Source of the DNA: Bdellovibrionia bacterium
GTDB lineage: Bacteria > Bdellovibrionota > UBA1018
Length of the DNA: 20,139 bases
Direction: 5' to 3'
NCBI GenBank assembly: GCA_049424145.1
Contig: JBMSSC010000040.1
Span: 1 to 20,139 of the forward strand
Every line of letters starts with the position of its first letter. The first letter of the stretch is position 1. The notes under the pieces are model-generated. The model had not been told where the DNA came from. It did not search any database and saw nothing but the letters and a program-made list of their open reading frames with translations. Both the position numbers and the translations under genes were made by a program. Positions 1 to 7,982 of the stretch are shown here, piece by piece.

Positions 1-66
1 TGTTCAGGAGCGATTCGGACATGAATCGCCTTCGGGGAATCTCCCGCTTTCACGCTGGAGAGGATG

Positions 67-1008
67 TCAAAAAAATAGGCTACTGACACTGTCATAGTTA
101 TGAATTCGATAAATCGCTTCTGCCAGCAGATCGGCCACGGAGAGTTGGACAATCTTACCACTGGCCCTGGCCTCTTCCGATAAGGGGATGGTATCGGTAA
201 TGATCGCTTTTTGGATCTGAGAGTTTTTAATCCGTTCGATGGCGGGTCCTGATAAGACGCCGTGAGTGGCTGCGGCATACACTTGGATCGCTCCGGCTTT
301 CATAACCGCTTCAGTGGCTTCGGTGAGGGTGCCTGCCGTATCAATCATGTCATCGAGAATAATGGCCAATTTATCTTTAACATCCCCGATGATGTTCATG
401 GCCTTTGCGATATTGGGTCCCACGCGTCTTTTATCCACCATGGCAACCGTAGCGTTTAAGCGCTTGGCAAAGGCCCGAGCTCTCTCCACACCGCCTGCAT
501 CTGGGCTGACGATGACGAGATTATCCTGGGGCATGTTCTGCTTGATGTAGTCTAAAAGAACAGGGGAGGAAAAGAGGTTATCAAAAGGAATGTTAAAAAA
601 CCCTTGAATCTGCCCTGCGTGAAGGTCCATGGCTACGACTCGGGTCGCTCCAGCTGAGGTAAGTAGGTCTGCCACGAGCTTGGCACTAATGGGGGTTCTT
701 GGGGCGACTTTGCGATCCTGTCGAGCGTATCCGTAATAGGGAACAACGGCTGTGATCTCCTTGGCGCTGGCTCTCTTCAGAGCGTCAATCATGATCAGAA
801 GCTCCATGAGCGTGTCATTAACCGGCCGGCAAGTACTCTGAATGAGGTAAACATCTCGGCCTCGGACGTTTTCTTTGATCTCAACGAAGAGTTCCCCATC
901 ACTAAACCGTCTGAGCTCGACTTCGCCCAAGGTTTTCCCCAACTTTTGGCAGATTTTCTCAGCCAAGGGCCGATTTGCTAAACCAGATAGGATAACCCAC
1001 TCTCTCAT
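67..1008 (-). CDS. prs: Ribose-phosphate pyrophosphokinase (PRPP synthetase)
   Basis: Motifs [46 protein letters not shown] and the PRPP-binding loop DDMIDTAGT. Start moved from ORF-track 1098 to ATG 1008, which has AAGGA 7 nt upstream; ATG 1014 is an alternative. Confidence 0.97.
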   Translation of the reverse strand: MREWVILSGLANRPLAEKICQKLGKTLGEVELRRFSDGELFVEIKENVRGRDVYLIQSTCRPVNDTLMELLIMIDALKRASAKEITAVVPYYGYARQDRKVAPRTPISAKLVADLLTSAGATRVVAMDLHAGQIQGFFNIPFDNLFSSPVLLDYIKQNMPQDNLVIVSPDAGGVERARAFAKRLNATVAMVDKRRVGPNIAKAMNIIGDVKDKLAIILDDMIDTAGTLTEATEAVMKAGAIQVYAAATHGVLSGPAIERIKNSQIQKAIITDTIPLSEEARASGKIVQLSVADLLAEAIYRIHNYDSVSSLFF

Positions 1009-1020
1009 TCGCATGTCCTT

Positions 1021-1049
1021 GGGATATCCCAAATGAGGAGAGTTCTCAA
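1021..1049 (-). promoter_or_regulatory. Putative sigma70 promoter of prs (TTGAGA-17-TATCCC)
   Basis: -35 TTGAGA (1049-1044), 17-nt spacer, weak -10 TATCCC (1026-1021) inside the perfect palindrome TTGGGATATCCCAA (1019-1032). Confidence 0.35.
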
Positions 1050-1322
1050 GCAATCTTGCAGCGGGAGCAACTGCAAACCCCTCATGGAGAGCCAGCAATC
1101 CTCTGGAACGAATGACTCAGGATGGCGTGACATCTTTATGGAGGGTCTGCCTTTCAAACCAGCCCATGAAGACGGCAGAGGGGGTAATCAATTGTGAAAG
1201 ACTCTCAAAAAAATCAGAGGGATGCATCAATTCCATTGGAAGCCACTTTTTCAGTCGTTTTGTTGGGTTCGAGTTGTAAAAATTCTCTATTGATTTTAAA
1301 CACTTATTTAAAACTAAATTAA

Positions 1323-1351
1323 TTTACAATATAAAATAATTTGGTTAAAAT
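1323..1351 (+). promoter_or_regulatory. Putative sigma70 promoter of the Fic-domain gene (TTTACA-17-TAAAAT)
   Basis: TTTACA 1323-1328, 17-nt spacer, TAAAAT 1346-1351, with an AT-rich upstream tract; ATG is 8 nt downstream. Confidence 0.6.
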
Positions 1352-1359
1352 CAGAAGAG

Positions 1360-4300
1360 ATGAGGTTTGGCCTATCTCAACAGATTTTGAGGGTTTTGTT
1401 TTCCCGTCTATCGCAAGTGGGGTTGTGTGTAACGATTTTATTATCTTTTCAGGCACACGCCTCAGGACCCACCTCCTGTCAAACTCCAGGCTCAACCGTT
1501 TTTGAACTTAAGCCAATCCAGCCGATTTTAGCAAGTCTTCAAGAAGCTACTTCGAAATCATGCACTCCCTCTGAGTTGATGAGACTTGCTCGAGAGAAGC
1601 TTCGAGCAGATCAATTTCAAGTGTTCGAGAGAGCTTATCGGAGTTTTTTCTTTTTCGATCCGAAGCTCCTTTTTTTTGAAAACGCACTTGAAGCGCATCA
1701 GGAGCTTAAGGAGCCTTTGGCCTTTAATAAACAAGGTGAAGTACCCTTAGATGGGGCACTTGCCGCTCGAGAGGTATTAAAAAGTCATCTTTTTAAAGAG
1801 GGGCAAAATCTCGGTATAGGGATCAAAAACGCCCATCGCGCCTTGCTCTCAAAAGAAAGCATTCAGCCGTCACATCAAGAGGCCTTAAAACGAGAAGGGA
1901 TTTCTCCAAGGAACTCAGAGAATGCGATGGACTCTGAGTTAGGGCAATTCAGGAAGGTGTGCAGTTACTTTCTCAGCAAATCCAGTGATTGTACTCAAGA
2001 AGAGAGTATTTCTCTCTGGCTTGAAAACTCAACTTCGCCGCCTGAGTCTCCCTGTAAGCGGTTAGAAGAAAGTGTTCAGAATAACCCCTTCCTATCGATT
2101 CAAAAGCAAAGTGAGTCTGAAAACCGAGTGAACTATCCCTGCTTAAAAGACTCCAAGGATATTCCGAATATTTTGGAGCGATTTGGTGACCAGTTGGGGC
2201 AAGAACTTAAGCCTTCGGATTCGCCAGAGACGCTTCAATCGGTCCTAACCAACGGACTTTTAACTGCCGCGTTTCAGCGGTTCAAAGCTACTTTGAAAGA
2301 GTTTAAAGAGGATCGTGAAAAAATCATCGAGGCCACAGCACGGTTGCAATATGATTTCATCTCGATTCATCCGTTCACCAACGGCAATGGACGCCTGGGC
2401 CGATTGATCGCAGAAGTCATTCTTGAGCATTATGGAATTCATCCTCCATTATTTCCATTTTGGGGTGAAGATATTTTATTACCCCAAGACAAATTTGTTC
2501 AGGTCTTCAAAAAAGGCGTCGATTTATCCCAACAGTTGAGTCAAGAGGCCTGTTCGCAGTTTTCTCGGGGTGAGGCTGGGACTTTTTCAGCAGCTCAAGC
2601 TTTGGACTTTTTTAATTGGGCTCCAGTATTTTCAACTGAGCCTTCGAAAAAAATGTCTCTACCCGAATACGCTCAGTGGGTGAAGAGGAATCAACTCTCT
2701 TTAAAGCTCGACTCGAGTAGTCAGTTGTCTGAATCCAAAATCAGAACCCTAGTGAGTCCATTCATCTCCGATTTTCTTCGTCACAAAAACGAAAAGCCCA
2801 TGAGGATTGCCGATTTTCTCTCTCTGAAGCCGGCCTCGCTTGAGGATTTCTCTCAATCCGGTTCGAACATGGAGGCATTTCAAGAGATGGAGAGAGCCCG
2901 GGAACGAAGGCTTCTTCAAGTACTCGCTCGCCCGGGCGTGAGGCAATTTTTCACCTGGCAAGGAAAAAAAGCGGCCGAGCATTTGCTCCAAAATGGAGTA
3001 AAATCCGAGGCCGTCAAACAAAGACTCATTCCAAGCCGCGACTCAAAAAACTTAGCGGGTGATGGGCTTTATGTGGATCCGACCTTCTATGCCTCAGTTG
3101 AGTTTGCTCAAGCGGGAGGCCGGCTTTTGGTGGTTAATTTGAGGTCAAAAGATCGACTCTTAGACGCTTATGATCCAGGGACCCTCCGATCCCTTTACCA
3201 ATTAGGTTATACAGGAGACGACTTGCTCCACTTAAGTACGGCAACAGGAGTCTACTATAATCGTCCTAGTACGAACGAGGGCAACAGCAATTGGATGATT
3301 TTAAAAAAAGAAATTCCAAAGGAACAAATTCGAGAGGCAACCGGTGAGGACTTGGATCTGAGGCTTTTCAGTTTGCTCTATCATCACTTCCGTGAAGACC
3401 CGTTGGAACATCAAGCTGAGCTTCCGATCTTTGAGCAAATCCTTCAAAAGGAGGACGAGAAGTTTTTATCTCGCTGGATGAGAGACTCCACCGCCCTTGA
3501 AACCTATTCTCCCAGTGGGAAGTGTTGGAAGCGAGTCCAGGGAGAAAAGTTTCAGTTGCAGAGCTCGGGATGTCAGTCCATTTCCCTCGATTGTGTTTGC
3601 GTGGATGAAGAATGCTACCAGATCTCGCCTGAGAAGTTTATCTTGGGGAGGATGAAAAAAGAGCCTGCTCCGAATTGTCAATCAGACAGTCAATTTTTCA
3701 CTTACGCGGAAGCAGAGCGGCGGATTTTCGATGCGCGAAAAAAGGGTTCCCCTTTGAAGGCTGTTCTCTCTGATTCAGAGGCGCAGGCCATATCAAATGA
3801 TAATCTTTTCGTGTTCAGTAAGCCCGGAGGGGTGACTTACGCAAAAAAAATCTCGATGAACCCAAACGGTGTGGTCTACTTGGAGAATTTTAATCAAGTC
3901 GATCAGGCCAAAAAAGCGCTCTTGAAATCAGGTCCCGTTTTCAATTTCAATCGGTTTGCGGATCGATTCAAACGAAATATTGAGTACTTCGCCAAAAGTC
4001 TGGAAAAGAGTCTTCGAGAACTTCAAAATTCAAAAGGAGGACTTTATGGAGAAATCCAATTCACAAGAAATCCAATTCAGAATCGCGCTTTGATTCAAAA
4101 GATGAGACAGAGTATTTTTGATGAGATCCAACTGAATAACCCAACGACGATGAAATTTCCGGATAATGATCTTCATTCGTTTTCTCGCTATAGAGGCCTT
4201 GAAAACCGCATCGTGATTCAAGCTCCCCAAGACGCCCAGCTCAGGTCAGAGATTCTTCACCGAATTCAGGAGCAATCCGGTGTTTTAAGGTGGTATGAAA

Positions 4301-4410
4301 AAAAAGACGGCCGGAAAAAATACTTTACCGAATCAGATCATGAAAATCTGTTTTATCAGGATGGGGTTCCGATTCGAGTCTTCTTTTCTGACCCGAAGTC
4401 TGAACGTTAG
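1360..4410 (+). CDS. Exported multidomain protein: Sec signal peptide, Fic domain, putative ADP-ribosyltransferase-like domain and uncharacterised C-terminus
   Basis: 1016-aa ORF. Hydrophobic N-terminus ending AHA-S. Fic elements IKNAHRALL, GQFRK and HPFTNGNGRLGR (nt 2368-2403). Downstream FFTWQG...AGDGLYV...S.EFA...GRLLVVNL pattern; the ART-like call is tentative. Confidence 0.8.
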   Translation: MRFGLSQQILRVLFSRLSQVGLCVTILLSFQAHASGPTSCQTPGSTVFELKPIQPILASLQEATSKSCTPSELMRLAREKLRADQFQVFERAYRSFFFFDPKLLFFENALEAHQELKEPLAFNKQGEVPLDGALAAREVLKSHLFKEGQNLGIGIKNAHRALLSKESIQPSHQEALKREGISPRNSENAMDSELGQFRKVCSYFLSKSSDCTQEESISLWLENSTSPPESPCKRLEESVQNNPFLSIQKQSESENRVNYPCLKDSKDIPNILERFGDQLGQELKPSDSPETLQSVLTNGLLTAAFQRFKATLKEFKEDREKIIEATARLQYDFISIHPFTNGNGRLGRLIAEVILEHYGIHPPLFPFWGEDILLPQDKFVQVFKKGVDLSQQLSQEACSQFSRGEAGTFSAAQALDFFNWAPVFSTEPSKKMSLPEYAQWVKRNQLSLKLDSSSQLSESKIRTLVSPFISDFLRHKNEKPMRIADFLSLKPASLEDFSQSGSNMEAFQEMERARERRLLQVLARPGVRQFFTWQGKKAAEHLLQNGVKSEAVKQRLIPSRDSKNLAGDGLYVDPTFYASVEFAQAGGRLLVVNLRSKDRLLDAYDPGTLRSLYQLGYTGDDLLHLSTATGVYYNRPSTNEGNSNWMILKKEIPKEQIREATGEDLDLRLFSLLYHHFREDPLEHQAELPIFEQILQKEDEKFLSRWMRDSTALETYSPSGKCWKRVQGEKFQLQSSGCQSISLDCVCVDEECYQISPEKFILGRMKKEPAPNCQSDSQFFTYAEAERRIFDARKKGSPLKAVLSDSEAQAISNDNLFVFSKPGGVTYAKKISMNPNGVVYLENFNQVDQAKKALLKSGPVFNFNRFADRFKRNIEYFAKSLEKSLRELQNSKGGLYGEIQFTRNPIQNRALIQKMRQSIFDEIQLNNPTTMKFPDNDLHSFSRYRGLENRIVIQAPQDAQLRSEILHRIQEQSGVLRWYEKKDGRKKYFTESDHENLFYQDGVPIRVFFSDPKSER

Positions 4411-5072
4411 TTTTGGGAGAAAAACTGGGGTCGATTCTTCGTCCCGTCTTTTTCATCTAAAAGCCCTTCTGACGCCCACTTCCAGTAGCGCAGAGTGCTG
4501 GAGCCTACTTGCGGAGCGTGAGAGGGATAGATCTCCTCGGCCAGAACTTGGTAAAGCGCCCGCGCCTCAGCCTTCAGTCCCAGCGTGCTGAGGCTAATGA
4601 GGATTCGAAGAATTCGCTCATAATTATGGTTCCCGCGCTTCAGCCAATCAGTGGCTTGAAGGTCAAACTGCGCGGTTTTATGAATCTCCACTAATGCACC
4701 ATGAGATTCTCTTTTGAGTCCATAAAAGTGGAGCATAAAATCCAATGAATGAAGAACTCGTTCTCGCAATCCGATGTCTTCTTTGAAAGTCTCCAGATCA
4801 CTCGGTTGCAGGGACGGGGCAAGCGGGTTGACTCGGTTTTTATACCGAGTTGGAAAGAGCCATTGAATAAAATCATGGTGAGTCTCGGTCTCAAAGTCAT
4901 CCATGGCCCAAAGTTCCTCGATTTTTTGACCATGATGATCTGAGCCATTCCCACGGTAAAAAGCAATTAAAGAGGACTCTTCTAATGCCCATCCGCTGGA
5001 TGGGATGAGAAGTGCGAGGAGTAAACCCCAAGTCTGGCTTTTTAGGAAATCCAAGGTCTGAGTTTTTTTCAT
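4407..5072 (-). CDS. Opioid growth factor receptor (OGFr) conserved-domain protein with predicted signal peptide
   Basis: Family-typical motifs FY.G.G.D, HDFIQWLFP, NP.AP.L, ML.FYGL, NHNY.RI.RIL.SL..LG and terminal T.RYW. N-terminus MKK...GLLLALLIPSSGWA-LEE. Confidence 0.85.
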   Translation of the reverse strand: MKKTQTLDFLKSQTWGLLLALLIPSSGWALEESSLIAFYRGNGSDHHGQKIEELWAMDDFETETHHDFIQWLFPTRYKNRVNPLAPSLQPSDLETFKEDIGLRERVLHSLDFMLHFYGLKRESHGALVEIHKTAQFDLQATDWLKRGNHNYERILRILISLSTLGLKAEARALYQVLAEEIYPSHAPQVGSSTLRYWKWASEGLLDEKDGTKNRPQFFSQN

Positions 5073-5192
5073 AAACGGCTCTTTTTTTCTTGGATTTTTG
5101 TATTATAAATATTAAAAATAATCAAGCACCTATTTTTGGTTGGATGAATTCGCTCATTCAATGCTTCAAGTTGATCAAAAATAGCTGTGTGA

Positions 5193-5280
5193 TCCCAATG
5201 GATTGAGCCTTAAATAGAGGGCTCAATCTACGGTGGACTCAATGGTCCATTTTCATTATCCCTTTCTTGATCCATTGGGA
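5193..5280. other. Structured intergenic element with nested and alternative inverted repeats downstream of leuS
   Basis: TCCCAATGGAT (5193-5203)/ATCCATTGGGA (5270-5280); GATTGAGCC (5201-5209)/GGCTCAATC (5220-5228); TGGAC/GTCCA (5234-5249). Confidence 0.5.
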
Positions 5281-5314
5281 AACATCGTTTCGGCAAATCT
5301 GGAGAGACCCGCTG

Positions 5315-7783
5315 CTATTGGATCACAAAGTTTAAGATTTTGTCTTTGACGAAAATGACCTTTCGAATCTGCTTGCCTTCCATCTGTTTGGCCACGGAGG
5401 GTAGTTCTAAAGCCAGTTTTTCCACACTTGCTTGATCCGATCCTGGAGGGATCGCTAGCGTTCCGCGCGTCTTTCCTAAGACCTGAACGGCAAGCGTGAT
5501 CTGGTCATCTTGAGCCAAGGTGGGATCAAACTGGGGCCAAGGTTCAAAGCTTAAAAAGGATTTCTCACCCAATCTCTCCCAGAGTTCCTCAGCCAAATGA
5601 GGCGCAAAGGGTTGCAGAAGCTGCAAAAAAGGCTTTAAGCAAGCCCTGGGACGCGTCTCTTGTTTGGTGAAATGGTTAATAAAAATCATCATTTGGCTAA
5701 TGGCGGTATTGAAGCGAAAGCTTTCAATGTCTTCTGAGACTTTTTTAATGGTCTTATGGGTCATCTTGAGGTCTTCAGCGCTGGGCTCAGAATCGGAGAT
5801 GAGCAGGTGATCCATGTCATCGATCATCAGGCGCCAGACTCGCTGGAGGAATCGAAATACCCCTTCAATGGCTGTGGTGGACCAGGGTTTGTCTTTTTCC
5901 AAGGGTCCCATGAACATCTCATAGATGCGAAGGGTATCGGCTCCGTACTTTTCAATCACGGTATCGGGGTTAATCACGTTTCCTCGGGACTTAGACATTT
6001 TCTCGTTGTCTTCTCCTAAGATCATCCCTTGGTGCACGAGCTTTTTAAAAGGCTCATCGTGAGTGACGAGTCCTGCATCAAATAAGACTTTGGTCCAAAA
6101 CCGAGCGTAAAGCAAATGACCGACGGCGTGCTCGGGGCCTCCTAAGTAGAGATCCACAGGCATCCAGTACTTTTCGGCTTCAGGACTAAAAGGGGCCTGA
6201 TCGTTTTTAGGATCACAATACCTCAGAAAGTACCAAGATGAACCTGCACTCCCTGGCATCGTATCCGTCTCTCGCTTCAAAAGGCGCCCAGTTCGATCAT
6301 GGGTGTTGACCCATTGGTGAATGGCGGCCAGTGGGCTCTCGCCTGTTCCCGTGGGCTCATAGCTTTGCACCTCAGGAAGCACAACCGGAAGGTCAGGGGT
6401 TGAAAGAGGGATTTTCTCCCCGGACTCAAGACTGACGATGGGGATCGGCTCTCCCCAGTAGCGTTGTCGTGAAAATAGCCAGTCGCGAAGTTTGTATTGG
6501 ATTGTTCGTTTGCCCTGATCCGCCGTCTCAAGCCACTCGCCGATTTTTCTTCGGGCCTCTTGGCTCATGATTCCAGTGAACGATCCCGAGTCAATCAATT
6601 GTCCTTCGTCAGGGAAGCAGGTATTTGGGTCATCTGAAGCGGGCGGTTCTTTTGGATGTTTGAAGTCTTGAATCACTCGTTTGATCGGAAGAGCATACTT
6701 TTTGGCAAATTGATGATCCCGCAAATCATGAGCAGGCACAGCCATCACGGCTCCTGTTCCGTAGCCCATGAGCACATAATCGGCAATCCAAATGGGCACC
6801 GTTTCCCCGGTGATGGGGTGAAGGGCATAGCTTCCGGTGAAGACCCCAGTTTTTTCCTGCGTTTCTTCTTGTCGGGTGATCTCCGACTTTTGAGCCACCT
6901 GCTGAACGTAAGCTTCGACGGCTGTCTTTTGTTCCATCGTGCTGAGAGCGGAGACCCAAGGATGCTCGGGTGCAAGAACCAGATAGGTGACTCCAAAAAG
7001 AGTATCCCCGCGCGTCGTGAAGATCTCAATTGCCTGATTCGAGACGCCTTGAAGATGAGGATTTTTTTGAGCCAATGGGAATCGAATTTGCAGCCCTTCG
7101 CTTTTTCCGATCCAGTTGCGTTGGAGTTCTTTAGTGCTCTCGGGCCAATCGAGTTGATCTAAGTCTTTTAAGAGACGTTCAGCGTAGCTTGTGATCTTGA
7201 GCATCCATTGTTTCATGGGGACGCGGTAAACGGGGTGATTGCCTCGCTCGGATCTTCCGTTCACGACCTCTTCATTGGCCAGCACAGTTTTTAGCTCAGG
7301 GCACCAATTGACGGGAACTTCTTTTTGATAAGCCAATCCTCGCTCATAGAGCTTTAGAAAAATGAATTGAGTCCATTTGTAATAGTCGGGGTCACAAGTT
7401 GCAATTTCTCGGGACCAATCAAAACTCAAGCCTAAGGACTTAAGCTGCCTGCGAAAGGTCTCAATAGCTTGGCGAGTGGTGATTGCTGGATGAATGCCGG
7501 TTTTAAGTGCGTACTGTTCGGCAGGAAGTCCAAAGGCATCCCAACCCATGGGGTGAAGCACATTAAAACCACAGGCTCGCTTGTAGCGAGAGAGGATGTC
7601 AGTGGCGGTGTAGCCTTCGGGGTGACCCACGTGAAGCCCTGAGCTGCTCGGGTAGGGAAACATGTCTAAGACATAGTACTTGGGTTTTTTGGGGTCGACT
7701 TTCACCTGAAAAAGTTTTTTTTCTTCCCAAAAAGTTTGCCATTTGGCTTCAATCTGACTGGCTTTCTTCGAATCGTACGACAT
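5315..7783 (-). CDS. leuS: Leucine--tRNA ligase
   Basis: MFPYPS..GLHVGH (HIGH motif), GWDAFGLPAEQYA, editing-domain FTTR.DT and GYGTGAVMAVPAHD.RD, RQRYWGEPIP, KMSKS. Start set at ATG 7783 (MSYD...IEAKWQ) rather than 7855. Confidence 0.98.
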   Translation of the reverse strand: MSYDSKKASQIEAKWQTFWEEKKLFQVKVDPKKPKYYVLDMFPYPSSSGLHVGHPEGYTATDILSRYKRACGFNVLHPMGWDAFGLPAEQYALKTGIHPAITTRQAIETFRRQLKSLGLSFDWSREIATCDPDYYKWTQFIFLKLYERGLAYQKEVPVNWCPELKTVLANEEVVNGRSERGNHPVYRVPMKQWMLKITSYAERLLKDLDQLDWPESTKELQRNWIGKSEGLQIRFPLAQKNPHLQGVSNQAIEIFTTRGDTLFGVTYLVLAPEHPWVSALSTMEQKTAVEAYVQQVAQKSEITRQEETQEKTGVFTGSYALHPITGETVPIWIADYVLMGYGTGAVMAVPAHDLRDHQFAKKYALPIKRVIQDFKHPKEPPASDDPNTCFPDEGQLIDSGSFTGIMSQEARRKIGEWLETADQGKRTIQYKLRDWLFSRQRYWGEPIPIVSLESGEKIPLSTPDLPVVLPEVQSYEPTGTGESPLAAIHQWVNTHDRTGRLLKRETDTMPGSAGSSWYFLRYCDPKNDQAPFSPEAEKYWMPVDLYLGGPEHAVGHLLYARFWTKVLFDAGLVTHDEPFKKLVHQGMILGEDNEKMSKSRGNVINPDTVIEKYGADTLRIYEMFMGPLEKDKPWSTTAIEGVFRFLQRVWRLMIDDMDHLLISDSEPSAEDLKMTHKTIKKVSEDIESFRFNTAISQMMIFINHFTKQETRPRACLKPFLQLLQPFAPHLAEELWERLGEKSFLSFEPWPQFDPTLAQDDQITLAVQVLGKTRGTLAIPPGSDQASVEKLALELPSVAKQMEGKQIRKVIFVKDKILNFVIQ

Positions 7784-7982
7784 GGGCTTGGGTATACCCT
7801 GAATTTTCTCCTCGATCCAGTCTATCAAGTTGACTTTAAAAATTAAAAAGCGCAAAAAAGAGGGGTGTTATCGGGCTTTAAAAATTTCATAGAGCCAATC
7901 CGTTCTTTGGAATTCAAAAAACGAACGTCATTTAAAATTCTCACTTCAATCCACTTCTTGCTCAGATCTCGGAGGAAAAACG

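Noticed and set aside
1031..1359. tRNA-Gln, often found upstream of prs, or an integration att site
   Set aside because: No cloverleaf with T-loop and acceptor stem could be built, and I found no direct repeat flanking the Fic/OGFr block.
2011..2028. SLWLEN matching the Fic inhibitory motif (S/T)xxxE(G/N)
   Set aside because: It lies inside the flap insertion rather than N- or C-terminal to the Fic core; such a short pattern arises easily by chance.
7784..7855. N-terminal extensions given by the ORF track for leuS (and similarly prs, pyrB, aspC and the 14564 ORF)
   Set aside because: They begin at alternative codons upstream of where family similarity or RBS-supported ATGs start.
7856..7982. 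Sigma54/NtrC promoter for glutamine synthetase
   Set aside because: No convincing TGGCAC-N5-TTGC element on the + strand.
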